Source of the DNA: Chloroflexota bacterium
GTDB lineage: Bacteria; Chloroflexota; Anaerolineae; Anaerolineales; UBA11858
Length of the DNA: 64,000 nt
Reading direction: 5' to 3'
Assembly (NCBI GenBank): GCA_018648225.1
Contig: JABGRQ010000199.1
Coordinates: 6,606 to 70,605, forward strand
Shown: positions 1-8,775 of the stretch, piece after piece
Position numbering within the stretch: position 1 is the stretch's first letter
Layout of the letters: each line of letters begins with the position of its first letter
Position numbers and translations under genes: made by a program
The notes under the pieces: generated by a model
Databases searched by the model: none
What the model was told of the DNA's origin: nothing
Seen by the model: only the letters and a program-made list of their open reading frames with translations

Positions 1-516
1 CGAGACGGCGGCGTCGCGGCCATCGCGCACGATAAAGATCAGCTTGCCATCCGGGAAAATTTTGTGCATCCGGCGCACGGATTCGCCGTTGAGCAGGGCG
101 TTGGGGCTTTTGTCGCCGACGATGCGCGCCCCTTCTTGCCGGGCTTCACGCTCCATCACATATTCGACGGCGGCGCGCAGCATCACGGGCGAAAGATCGC
201 GGCCGCGGTTCCAGCGGTTGCTGCGGCGCGTCAGCCAGGATTCGATCATCGGGCTGTCCACCAGCGCTTCGAGCGTGGGCTGGCGGGTGAAGAAATGCCC
301 CTGATAATTGCAATGCACATCCGGGTGCAGGCGGATCAGCCGCGTGAGCAGCGTGGTCCCTGAGCGGGCGTGACCGTAAAGGAAAAATTTATCCCGCGGA
401 AAGAATTCCTTGAACTCGGCAACTTCTTCGGGGCTGATGGGTGGAACTTCGCCACGTTTTCCAGTAGTTGTTTTTCCGGTAAAAAAAACTTGTGCAACAC
501 TTTTGCTTCGGTTAAT
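1..516 (-). CDS. sulfotransferase-family protein, truncated by window edge; no canonical in-frame start codon
   Basis: Own translation of the minus strand (absent from the ORF track): ...PISPEEVAEFKEFFPRDKFFLYGHARSGTTLLTRLIRLHPDVHCNYQGHFF...KLIFIVRDGRDAAVS. The RSGTT PAPS-binding loop and RDGRD motif mirror the paralog at 22016-23023. The frame is open 1-516 (TAA at 517-519) but has no ATG/GTG/TTG upstream of the RSGTT loop. Confidence 0.6.
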   Translation of the reverse strand, partial: MNRSKSVAQVFFTGKTTTGKRGEVPPISPEEVAEFKEFFPRDKFFLYGHARSGTTLLTRLIRLHPDVHCNYQGHFFTRQPTLEALVDSPMIESWLTRRSNRWNRGRDLSPVMLRAAVEYVMEREARQEGARIVGDKSPNALLNGESVRRMHKIFPDGKLIFIVRDGRDAAVS

Positions 517-554
517 TATCTTGTGTATCACTTGTGATCCTCGCAAGTTATTTA

Positions 555-617
555 CCACGAAGACACAAAGGCACGAAGAAAAAGCAAATATTTCTTTGTG
601 TCTTCGTGTCTTTGTGG
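555..617. repeat. R-family composite hairpin (CAC[G/A]AAG units), copy 1
   Basis: CCACGAAGACACAAAGGCACGAAG - 15 nt A/T-rich loop - CTTTGTGTCTTCGTGTCTTTGTGG. Confidence 0.9.
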
Positions 618-623
618 TGAAAA

Positions 624-1022
624 CTATCGAATTACTCTCCTGATCCCTTTTTTGATGAGTGGAACATTGAAATTGATCAAAAATCCCAAACGTTTTTCTG
701 TAAGCTTAAGATAGGTCAATAATTGAGCCGTATGAACAGGGGCAATAGACGCAACCGACTTCAACTCACAAATGACCAAATTTTCGACCAGCACATCAAT
801 ACGAAAACCTTCATCAAACTTGATGCTGTCAAATACAATCGGCACAACCACTTGACGTCGTGCTTCAAAGCCCTGCTTCATCAAAACATGGCAAAAAGCG
901 GCTTCGTAAACACTCTCTAACAATCCCGGACCTAATTCGCGGTGGACTTGATAGGCAGCATCTACAACTGCAGTCGCTAGTGCTTCTTCCCGGTCTGACA
1001 ATGGAGTATATTTTGCATCCAT
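624..1022 (-). CDS. GxxExxY protein (PD-(D/E)XK-like small protein family)
   Basis: ELGPGLLESVYEAAF matches the GxxExxY signature. Start moved to the internal ATG (MDAKYTPL) because the upstream codons are hairpin-repeat sequence. The gene is visibly more AT-rich than its neighbours. Confidence 0.75.
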   Translation of the reverse strand: MDAKYTPLSDREEALATAVVDAAYQVHRELGPGLLESVYEAAFCHVLMKQGFEARRQVVVPIVFDSIKFDEGFRIDVLVENLVICELKSVASIAPVHTAQLLTYLKLTEKRLGFLINFNVPLIKKGIRRVIR

Positions 1023-1040
1023 ACCCTTACTCCTTTTTCT

Positions 1041-1107
1041 CACCACAAAAACACGAAGACACAAAAAAAGAATTTTGCAGTTCTTTGTGCCTTCGTGTCT
1101 TCGTGGT
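1041..1107. repeat. R-family composite hairpin, copy 2
   Basis: CACCACAAAAACACGAAGACACAAA - loop - CTTTGTGCCTTCGTGTCTTCGTGGT. Confidence 0.9.
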
Positions 1108-1112
1108 TATAT

Positions 1113-2549
1113 TTATATTTCCAATAGTTTCAACAAAAATTCAGCCGTATGCCGCCCGGCGTGGCCATCGGTGTGGGTGCATTCACGGGCGATGAAGTCA
1201 GTGCGGGCTTGCAAATCGGCTTGGGGGTCGTCAAGGTAGCGGTTGATGGCTTCACGCAGTTCTTCAGCATTGAGCGTTTCGCGCCCGGCTCCGGAATCAC
1301 GATAGCGTTGATGTGTGGGCCAGCCGCTAATCTCAGTCAGCGGCAGGGTGAATTTGCCCGGCCAGCCTGCGGGGTCATCCACACATAGGCTGATAACGGG
1401 CGTGCCGTGAATGGAGGCTTCCACCACCATCGTCGAGTAGACCGTCACCATCACATCGGAGTAGGCCATCATGGACGATTTTTCGGGCATATCTTCGCCG
1501 GAGTAGTAGCTCATGCCGCCTTCGCCCAGCGGAACGGGTTCAACGACGTGGACATGCGGCAATGTTCGGGCGAGTTCGCGGATTTTTTCGCGCTCTCCAG
1601 CATAATGCGGATGCTCTGAAAAGTGAGTAGGGTGCAGGCGAATGAGCAACTGCGCCGGTTGGGAGAGTTGGTCCTCGGCAACGAGACGCGCTAACATCGC
1701 CACATTGGGTAAGTTCGGCGAAAAGGTCACAAAACTGCTGGCATACGAAATCAGCTTGCGCGCCGGGTCAAGATTGTGCATGGCAAGGTATTCGTCACGG
1801 TCAATCAGCCACTCGCCGCGGAAATAGCCATCGTATGCCGGAACCCCCCCGATATTCACGCGTTCGGGAGGCCAATCCGCCCCGAGGGTAAGCTCCTCTT
1901 TTTGAAGCTCAGACCAACACGAAGCCCAGTCTACATTTGCGCCGGGCAGGCTGTAGCTGCTGGAGTTGTCCCAGCCAACAATCATAGCCGCAGTTTGAAC
2001 TCCCCGCTCAGCCGCTTCTCGCAATAAAAAGCGGTCGTAGCGCCAGCCAGGGGTGGCAGCGACAACCAGAGCGGGTTGATATTTTTCAAAAAGGTCAGCA
2101 TACAACGCCGGATTGAAGCGCGCCTGCGCCCGCATCACAATGCGGCGGGCAAGACGGCTGCGGCGCATGATGGCGACAACAGCCTGCATGAGCGGGAAGA
2201 GCTGCTTGCGGCGGGCATGGGCTTCGTCTTCGACCTGACTGATGAAACCATCCACAGCTTCGAGATTGATGCGGCTGGAAGCCCCGGCGCGGCGCAAAAA
2301 GTGCAGCCACCACTGCAACGAAGGGCTGACGGTACGCTCGTAGTGCCGCGCCTGGTCGAGCCGCAGACCTTCAATGGTCAGGCCAGGGCGAGCGAAACGC
2401 GCTTTGAGCGATTCTTGCAGGGCTTCGTCGGTGAAGAGTATGATCTCAATGCCCGCATCAAGCAACGTGGCAACAAGATCACTCTGGAGAAAATAGACAA
2501 CGGCAAGACCGTGGTCGGCGCTGATAAAAATTCGTTTGGGTTGGCTCAT
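1113..2549 (-). CDS. GT-B-like / capsule-synthesis-like protein of unknown specificity
   Basis: 478 aa counted from the internal ATG (MSQPKRIFISADHG); the first ATG lies inside repeat W1. The C-terminal LIRLHPTHF...VMVTVYSTMVVEASIHGTPVISL resembles the GT-B C-terminal half seen in KpsS/TagF-like enzymes. Confidence 0.45.
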   Translation of the reverse strand: MSQPKRIFISADHGLAVVYFLQSDLVATLLDAGIEIILFTDEALQESLKARFARPGLTIEGLRLDQARHYERTVSPSLQWWLHFLRRAGASSRINLEAVDGFISQVEDEAHARRKQLFPLMQAVVAIMRRSRLARRIVMRAQARFNPALYADLFEKYQPALVVAATPGWRYDRFLLREAAERGVQTAAMIVGWDNSSSYSLPGANVDWASCWSELQKEELTLGADWPPERVNIGGVPAYDGYFRGEWLIDRDEYLAMHNLDPARKLISYASSFVTFSPNLPNVAMLARLVAEDQLSQPAQLLIRLHPTHFSEHPHYAGEREKIRELARTLPHVHVVEPVPLGEGGMSYYSGEDMPEKSSMMAYSDVMVTVYSTMVVEASIHGTPVISLCVDDPAGWPGKFTLPLTEISGWPTHQRYRDSGAGRETLNAEELREAINRYLDDPQADLQARTDFIARECTHTDGHAGRHTAEFLLKLLEI

Positions 2550-2557
2550 AATGCTAT

Positions 2558-2624
2558 AAAATTGGTTCATTCTTTACGAAGCGAGTTGTATTCACCCGAA
2601 GCGCATTCAGATTGAACCAATTTT
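2558..2624. repeat. W-family inverted repeat (AAAATTGGTTCA...ATTCAGATTGAACCAATTTT), copy 1
   Basis: Its right arm shares 19 nt with the reverse complement of the left arm of the copy at 7690-7755. Confidence 0.8.
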
Positions 2625-3475
2625 CATTTCTTTCTATATACAATCTGATAACCCGTAGGAGCCAAGCTGATGGCTTCGTGGGGCGAGCGCACATGTCCGG
2701 GGCCAATGACCGGCTGCATAATACGCGCAAGAATACGCACACCCATCAGCAGCGCGCGCCCGACATATTGCCGCCAGCCGCGCATTTTGCGCAAAATCGG
2801 CCATTGGATATTGCGAATGCCCTCCCCCAGAAAAAACATGGGATCATAGAAACCTTCCAGCACGGAAACTTCAAGGCCGTGGTCGGTGGCCATTTGCTCG
2901 AGGGCAAAATGCGTGTAACGCACAAAATCGAGCGGAATCTGGTGCATCTTAACCATGAAGGGAATCGCCACGAGTAGCTTACCGCCGGGTTTGAGCAGTT
3001 GCGAAAGCGCGGCAAATAATTCTTTCGAATCGTAAACATGCTCCAACACGTTGAGCAGCAAAATCACATCCACGCTACCGGACTTGAAGGGGTTGGTACG
3101 CGTCAGATCGCAAACCATGTCAATCTCCGGGTAAGGGTAGACATCCAGCGCCAGGGCGTTGCGTCCTTTCAGACCATCGAAAAAATCGCCGCGGCCCGCG
3201 CCGACATCCAAAATCAGCGCATCGGGGGGAATTTCTTCGAGTTGCCGCGCCAGAAAACGCCAATTCTCTTGCCGCCAGGGGGTACCCAGCTCGGGGGAAC
3301 GCTCTTGCTTCTCGGAGGGGTTGATATTCTCCGGGGCAGGGGTAAACATCGGGGTGCCGCCCACCACCGGGGTCGTCTGCCCGCAGGCTGCGCATACCAA
3401 CCGCGCATCCCCATCGGGCTGGAAACTACCCCCGCAGTCGGGGCACAACACAATATCCAACAAACTTAATTTCAT
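2624..3475 (-). CDS. class I SAM-dependent methyltransferase with N-terminal zinc-ribbon
   Basis: CPDCGG...CAACG ribbon, then ILDVGAGRGDF (motif I) and VDVILLLNVLEHV. Start set at ATG 3475 (MKLSLLD), downstream of repeat R3. Confidence 0.8.
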   Translation of the reverse strand: MKLSLLDIVLCPDCGGSFQPDGDARLVCAACGQTTPVVGGTPMFTPAPENINPSEKQERSPELGTPWRQENWRFLARQLEEIPPDALILDVGAGRGDFFDGLKGRNALALDVYPYPEIDMVCDLTRTNPFKSGSVDVILLLNVLEHVYDSKELFAALSQLLKPGGKLLVAIPFMVKMHQIPLDFVRYTHFALEQMATDHGLEVSVLEGFYDPMFFLGEGIRNIQWPILRKMRGWRQYVGRALLMGVRILARIMQPVIGPGHVRSPHEAISLAPTGYQIVYRKK

Positions 3476-3484
3476 ATTTTTTTT

Positions 3485-3540
3485 ACCACGAAGACACAAA
3501 GACTCTAAGTTTCTTTCTTTGTGTCTTCGTGCCTTTGTGG
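3485..3540. repeat. R-family composite hairpin, copy 3
   Basis: CACGAAGACACAAAG pairs perfectly with CTTTGTGTCTTCGTG (15 bp), with an extra CCTTTGTGG unit. Confidence 0.9.
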
Positions 3541-3548
3541 TTTCGTTT

Positions 3549-4505
3549 TTATCGATGTAAAAATTCAAAGAGCCGATGATAAATCCAATACAGGATGTCT
3601 TCGGCGAGCTGCCATTTCAAAATCCACGGGCGGTTGCGCTGACGTTCATCGAGGCTGGTCGTTGGTATGCCCTGAGCGAATTCTGCCTCCGAGAGCCGAT
3701 TGCCCAAATGCTGCACCCACCACTCTGGCGTAGACAGGCGCAAATAGCCCTGATCGTTGATCGCCACATCCAGCAGACGCACTTGCCCCATCGGGCGCTT
3801 GTTGGGGATTGGCAAAACGCTGCGCAAGGCCGCCGCAGGAGCGACAAACTGAAAATGACTCGCCCCAACGTAATAGCGCTGGTCTTCATACGTCAGCCGC
3901 AAATCTGTAACTGAGTCGAAATGGGCACGGGCTTTTTCTTCGCTGGCCCCCAAACTGCGCGAATGCCGAAAATAATCTTCCCAGGGGAGGAATTTTCCCT
4001 GCTCAATCTGAACGCCATTTTTCTCGGCCCAGGCCACAGTGCTGGTGGCATATTCCGGCGGACTCCACATGGGCATACCGGTGACCATGCCGATCTCTGG
4101 GAACATATCAAGTACTTTAACCTGCGCCGAAAGCCAGCCGGGATAATAGTACACATCGCTGTCGGCGTAGGCAATAATTTCGCCGGGGGCCGCGCCAAAA
4201 ATAGCGTTCCAGGCCCCTGCTTTGCCGACGTTTTTTTCGGAAAGCAGCAGATATTGAATGCGCCCTGTGGCCTGCATTTCGAGCAGATATTGGCGCACTT
4301 CCGGGCAACTGGCGTTGTCAAAAACCATCAAATCATATTCCATCTGCGTATGTTGCCACAGGCTGTTGAAACACAGCTTGAGAATATCGATGCTTTGGGC
4401 GAAGTAACCGCTCGTCACCGGGATATAAGTCACGGTCGCAACGGTCACACGCGCCGGTTTAGGGCTTTCTTCAACAAATTTTGCGGGGTTTTGTCCGATA
4501 CGCAA
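3549..4505 (-). CDS. family 2 glycosyltransferase (paralog 1 of 3)
   Basis: TVATVTYIP...LMVFDNASCPE...AYADSDVYYYPGW (DxD). TTG start with GGAG 9 nt upstream. The N-terminus (M)RIGQNPAK aligns with the ATG starts of the paralogs at 7676 and 8698. Confidence 0.8.
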   Translation of the reverse strand: MRIGQNPAKFVEESPKPARVTVATVTYIPVTSGYFAQSIDILKLCFNSLWQHTQMEYDLMVFDNASCPEVRQYLLEMQATGRIQYLLLSEKNVGKAGAWNAIFGAAPGEIIAYADSDVYYYPGWLSAQVKVLDMFPEIGMVTGMPMWSPPEYATSTVAWAEKNGVQIEQGKFLPWEDYFRHSRSLGASEEKARAHFDSVTDLRLTYEDQRYYVGASHFQFVAPAAALRSVLPIPNKRPMGQVRLLDVAINDQGYLRLSTPEWWVQHLGNRLSEAEFAQGIPTTSLDERQRNRPWILKWQLAEDILYWIYHRLFEFLHR

Positions 4506-4524
4506 GGGGTAAAACTCCTGATTT

Positions 4525-4603
4525 CACCACAAAGGCACAGAGAGCACAGAGCGTCTTTGTGTTTTACTGATTCAACTCTGTGAACTTCGTGTCTCTGTGG
4601 TTG
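4525..4603. repeat. R-family composite hairpin, copy 4 (CACAGAG variant); right arm lies inside the upstream CDS
   Basis: CACCACAAAGGCACAGAGAGCACAGAG - loop - CTCTGTGAACTTCGTGTCTCTGTGGTTG. The stop codon of the 4564-6636 CDS falls in the loop. Confidence 0.85.
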
Positions 4604-6636
4604 TTTTTTGCTAATTGATCTAATAAAAGCGCGACAGCCATCCAACCAGCCAGGCGAAACTGGATTCCAACCGGGGCGGCGTGACGCTCGATTTCAATAG
4701 GGTTGCCATGCCAGACGATGAACATCAGCGGGTATAAGCTCACCAAAAATACCGCCACAACCAGCCAGGCCGGGGAAAGGTTTCTTTTGCTGAAAAAATA
4801 GGCTCCCGCTCCAACACTCATCAGGAAAAAAAAGCCCCACATCACCCAGGCATCGCGTGGGTAAAAACGCGCCGTGAGGGTTTGCAGCCAAAGTGGAATG
4901 GTCGGCACGCCAAAACGCGGCAGATGGTATTCCAGATTGTCGCCGCTCAAAATTGAGGGAAGTTGCTGTAAAGGGGCGATCATCGAATCCAATGGATGGG
5001 TGATGAGGAATTTGGCATAGGTGGCGACACCATACTGGTTGATCCAGTTCATCGCGGCAGCCATTTGGGGATCATTCAACAGGTAGGGTTGATACTCGTG
5101 CCCGGGCATGGCACTCATCTTCAAGAGATTCTCGCTCATCGGCAACCCAGCAGCGATGAAATAATCCACTGCTTTGGCATCAGGCAAAATACGCAGGGCC
5201 AGCAAATCGGCCATGTGAATTTGCCACAGGTCACTGGCCCCAAAGGATACATTTTTAAGTACAAGCACGCCGAAAAAGAGCAAGAGATAGACCCAATAGA
5301 ATTTGCGATTCTGCCGAGGCACTTTGCCAAAAAGCCCGGCAATCGGGAACAAGAGCGCGCCGAAAACGGCAAAATATTGATTGCTCTCACGCGTGAAGCT
5401 ATACAAAATCGTCAGTAGCGCGGCCAGAAATACAAAAGCCACGCCTGCCTGGGGGGGTAACGGTTTCTTGGTAGCGGCGTTCCACCATAACCAGGCAGCA
5501 ATCAGCAAGGCGAAGATCGAAAAAGAGAGCGACTCGGAGAGTAGAAGACTCTCCCACAGGCTGACCTCCAAATTCAAGCTAAAGAACAGAATTATCCCAA
5601 AGGCCAGCGGACGGAGCCACGATTGACGCATTAGCAATGAAAAGACCAGGCCTAATGCCGCCCAAGAGAGAATTGAAAACCAGTATTGCGCATCCACGGT
5701 GTCGCGGATGACATTGGCATCCAGATAATTTGCCTGCGTCACGCCGGTAAGTTTGTAGAAAAGCGGCAGTGTGAAGGGGCGCGTTCCGGCCCAGAATTCG
5801 AGCGAGTTGAGCGGCTCGTCGGCGGTTTCGACATACCAGGCGGTATCCCGAAAAACGCGCTCCCCGCTGAATGTTGTATAGCTTAGTTTTTGGAAAGTAA
5901 AAACAGCGAAGATGGCAAGATAGAGTATGACCAACAGCGCCTTGACGGCGGCGGGATGCAGCCAACGCGTCTCAACGATGAATGCGAAGATAAATATTAG
6001 CACCCACAGCGCCAGGAAATAGAATCCCTTGACAAGCAGAATCCAACCCGAGGCCGCGTCCGTTTGTCCCAACACAATATCGGTGGTCACGCTCTGGGGA
6101 GCGGATAAATCAATCTCGGTCGGTTCTCCATCCCACAGCAGTGACAATTTCCCCGCGTCCACATTATGGCGCACGCTCAACACCACGCCGCCCGGCATCA
6201 TCCCGGAGAGATGCCAATCATCCGTAAGCTGGAACACATCCAGCGAGACGGGCGTACCATCCAGATATTTCACCTGACGAATTTCGACCGGGCCGCCGAA
6301 TGCAGTCATTTGCAGGCTGTGCTGCGCCGAAAGCGCGGGAATGGGCAGCGGGAAGAGACAGAGTAGCAGGACGGCAATCAAACCGCAGATGAACGCAGAT
6401 ACACGCAGATTTTTAAAACAGGTTGGGGTACCCCATTTCGTCCAAATAATAAATCCAAGAAAAATAAACGGCAACAGGATGGCGCTTTTAAGCAGGCCGC
6501 GCGGCGCGAAGTAACCGTATTCGTTGCCGAAGAATAGCGCACTGATCGTCAGCCAAACCGCTACCGAGAGCAGCAAATTAAGCCCCCAGACAGCCAATGA
6601 TTTCCTGGTCAAAGGTTCCCGATTATTAAACACCAA
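4564..6636 (-). CDS. polytopic membrane protein, GT-C-like (PMT_2/ArnT-like) putative glycosyltransferase
   Basis: 690 aa with many hydrophobic segments. Loop motif VETADEPLNSLEFWAGTRPFTLPLFYKL resembles the acidic loop plus (R/H)PPLY box of GT39/GT83-type enzymes. Start is TTG 6636 or GTG 6633. Confidence 0.5.
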   Translation of the reverse strand: MVFNNREPLTRKSLAVWGLNLLLSVAVWLTISALFFGNEYGYFAPRGLLKSAILLPFIFLGFIIWTKWGTPTCFKNLRVSAFICGLIAVLLLCLFPLPIPALSAQHSLQMTAFGGPVEIRQVKYLDGTPVSLDVFQLTDDWHLSGMMPGGVVLSVRHNVDAGKLSLLWDGEPTEIDLSAPQSVTTDIVLGQTDAASGWILLVKGFYFLALWVLIFIFAFIVETRWLHPAAVKALLVILYLAIFAVFTFQKLSYTTFSGERVFRDTAWYVETADEPLNSLEFWAGTRPFTLPLFYKLTGVTQANYLDANVIRDTVDAQYWFSILSWAALGLVFSLLMRQSWLRPLAFGIILFFSLNLEVSLWESLLLSESLSFSIFALLIAAWLWWNAATKKPLPPQAGVAFVFLAALLTILYSFTRESNQYFAVFGALLFPIAGLFGKVPRQNRKFYWVYLLLFFGVLVLKNVSFGASDLWQIHMADLLALRILPDAKAVDYFIAAGLPMSENLLKMSAMPGHEYQPYLLNDPQMAAAMNWINQYGVATYAKFLITHPLDSMIAPLQQLPSILSGDNLEYHLPRFGVPTIPLWLQTLTARFYPRDAWVMWGFFFLMSVGAGAYFFSKRNLSPAWLVVAVFLVSLYPLMFIVWHGNPIEIERHAAPVGIQFRLAGWMAVALLLDQLAKNNHRDTKFTELNQ
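6383..6414. repeat. U-family repeat arm embedded in frame in a CDS
   Basis: CCGCAGATGAACGCAGATACACGCAGATTTTT (three CGCAGAT units) encodes FKNLRVSAFICG. Confidence 0.7.
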
Positions 6637-6647
6637 ATACCTGCAAC

Positions 6648-7676
6648 CTATTTTTTCGTGTAGAGAAGATCAAAAAGCAACGAATACAAACGCCGGACGA
6701 TGCGCTCCAGAGCGGTGAAGCGCTTCACGGCTTTGACCAGCATGTTCTTTACCAGGTTATGCTTTTTGTGCGTAGCATTGGACGCTGGCATAACAGACAC
6801 ACCGGCACGCTGGCGAACTTCAAACGCTTCCGCGGCATGACGACCTTGCAGGCTGTTGCCCATGTGGTAAACCAGCGCATCGGTGGTGGAAAGCTGCAAA
6901 TAACCCAGTGCTTCCATCCGCCGATTGATTTGCATATGGTCATCGGAGTCGAGCGTGTGGGTGGTGGGCAGTGGGATGATTTTGCGCGCCGCGTCCCGCC
7001 GGATTATAAATTGCATGGAGGTACTACCCATCACTGCCTGCGTGTTACCTTGCGAAGGAATGAGCAACAATAACCGGTTTTGCGCCATTTTTTTGCGAAT
7101 TTCAGCGGATGCATTAACACCATCGCAATATTCTTCAAAAGCATAAGAGAGGGGGTTAACTTCGTCGATTTGTACGCCCGAAAGCGCGCGGCCCATTTTT
7201 TCAGCAATCTGACGCATACGCTGCGTCTCGTTGAAAAATCCTGGCTGCGCGCTAACGATGCCAACTTGCTCGAAAGTATCAAAAATTTCCAAACTGCGTT
7301 CAACCCATCCGGGCCGAAACAGTACATCGCTATCCGTTGAAACGATGAATTCGTTGGGCATAGATGAAAAAATCCAGTTCAGTACCCCGGTTTTACCCAG
7401 ATTATGACGCGAAAGCATCAGCCAATCAATCATACCATCCTGATATTGCTGGGTCAGAAATTGGGTCACTTCTTCGCAACTACCGTTATCAAAAACCATC
7501 ACATCGGCCTGATCGCCAATCGTTTGGTGCAAGCTCTGCAAGTGGATAGCGAAAACATCCAGCGACTCGCGAAAAAAACCTTCCAGCACCGGCATAAAGG
7601 TGATGGAAACAATACCTATCCGTTTGGGATGATAGACGGGGTAACGGTTACGAACCGGGTTACTGCCAATGCGCAT
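6648..7676 (-). CDS. family 2 glycosyltransferase (paralog 2 of 3)
   Basis: MRIGSNPV...IGIVSITFMP...VMVFDNGSCEE...STDSDVLFRPGW. Confidence 0.8.
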   Translation of the reverse strand: MRIGSNPVRNRYPVYHPKRIGIVSITFMPVLEGFFRESLDVFAIHLQSLHQTIGDQADVMVFDNGSCEEVTQFLTQQYQDGMIDWLMLSRHNLGKTGVLNWIFSSMPNEFIVSTDSDVLFRPGWVERSLEIFDTFEQVGIVSAQPGFFNETQRMRQIAEKMGRALSGVQIDEVNPLSYAFEEYCDGVNASAEIRKKMAQNRLLLLIPSQGNTQAVMGSTSMQFIIRRDAARKIIPLPTTHTLDSDDHMQINRRMEALGYLQLSTTDALVYHMGNSLQGRHAAEAFEVRQRAGVSVMPASNATHKKHNLVKNMLVKAVKRFTALERIVRRLYSLLFDLLYTKK

Positions 7677-7689
7677 AATTTAAAAGGGT

Positions 7690-7755
7690 AAATTGGTTCA
7701 ATCTGAATATAAGTTGGGATGTATTCATACCGGCGGGAGAGAATTGAACCAATTT
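7690..7755. repeat. W-family inverted repeat, copy 2
   Basis: AAATTGGTTCAATCTGAAT ... GAATTGAACCAATTT. Confidence 0.8.
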
Positions 7756-7762
7756 TTCGGGT

Positions 7763-8698
7763 TCAACGATCAAAATATAGGCTAAAGATTTGATGATACA
7801 GCCACATGAGCGGCTTCTTGACCCAGGGCTGATTGACAAGCCGTCGGCGCGGGCGATAGGGTTGGGATATATACTCGCCGGGCAGGGTATTGCCCATGTG
7901 CGCCACCAGCGGATCGGCCGTCATCAGACGTAGATATCCCGCTGCGTTAAGTTGTTCATCGAGGGTGCGCACCTGCCCCATCGGCCTGTCCATCTCAAAG
8001 GGCAGAAATTCTTGCAGCACTCGTTTGTGCGCTACAAATTGAAAATGCGCCGCGCCCGCATAGGCTTGCACACCGCAGTAGCTCAACTTCCAGTCGCAGC
8101 TTTCGCTGAACCACTCGATCGACTGTGCCTCCTCGATGCCGCAACTCAACGAGTGCTGGTTGAAAATCTCCCAACTCGTGAATTGTCCCTGTTCCAGTTC
8201 TGCATCCGAGGTTTGACGCGCCCAATCGAGGGTAGCCGAAAAATAATGTTCTTTGCTACGCAACGGTCGCGCCGTGACCATGCCCACGCTGGGAAAGGTC
8301 TGTAATATCGCCAGCGACTGCTCCAGCCAGCCGGGATGATAAAGAATATCGCTATCGGCATAGGCGATAACTTCGCCGGGCGCGGCGTTGAAGACGAAGT
8401 TCCACGCGCCCCCTTTGCCAATATTTTTCCCAGAGAATATCAGATATTGAATATTCCCGGCATCATATTCGGCTTGTAGAAAAGCGCGCGTCTCTGAACC
8501 GCTGCCGTTGTCGAAGATGAGCAAATCAAACGGCTCTGGCGTACTCTCGCGCAGGCTGGACAGGCTCTTTTTGAGAACGTCCAGGCTTTGGGCATAGTAT
8601 CCGCTCAAAAAGGGGATGTAGGTGACGATGGCAACAGTCACAGCCCGGGGCTGGGCAACGCTATCGACTGATTTGGCAGGGTTTTGTCCGAGGCGCAT
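7763..8698 (-). CDS. family 2 glycosyltransferase (paralog 3 of 3)
   Basis: MRLGQNPAK...VAIVTYIP...LLIFDNGSGSE...AYADSDILYHPGW. Confidence 0.8.
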   Translation of the reverse strand: MRLGQNPAKSVDSVAQPRAVTVAIVTYIPFLSGYYAQSLDVLKKSLSSLRESTPEPFDLLIFDNGSGSETRAFLQAEYDAGNIQYLIFSGKNIGKGGAWNFVFNAAPGEVIAYADSDILYHPGWLEQSLAILQTFPSVGMVTARPLRSKEHYFSATLDWARQTSDAELEQGQFTSWEIFNQHSLSCGIEEAQSIEWFSESCDWKLSYCGVQAYAGAAHFQFVAHKRVLQEFLPFEMDRPMGQVRTLDEQLNAAGYLRLMTADPLVAHMGNTLPGEYISQPYRPRRRLVNQPWVKKPLMWLYHQIFSLYFDR

Positions 8699-8710
8699 TT
8701 TCTATTCGCA

Positions 8711-8774
8711 ACCGCAGATGCACGCCGATAAACGCAGATAAAAAACATCCGCGTGCATCTGCGTTCATCAGTGG
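8711..8774. repeat. U-family composite hairpin (CGCAGAT units), copy 1
   Basis: ACCGCAGATGCACGCCGATAAACGCAGAT AAAAAAC ATCCGCGTGCATCTGCGTTCATCAGTGG. Confidence 0.85.
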
Positions 8775-8775
8775 T

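Noticed and set aside
410-1195. Short ORFs spanning hairpins (410-643, 860-1195, 2554-2742, 4445-4645, 8753-8953 and others), with peptides like LCLRVFVV or HLRSSVVHF.
   Set aside because: These are translations of the intergenic repeat arms. The same peptide strings recur wherever the repeat recurs, and they overlap real gene ends.
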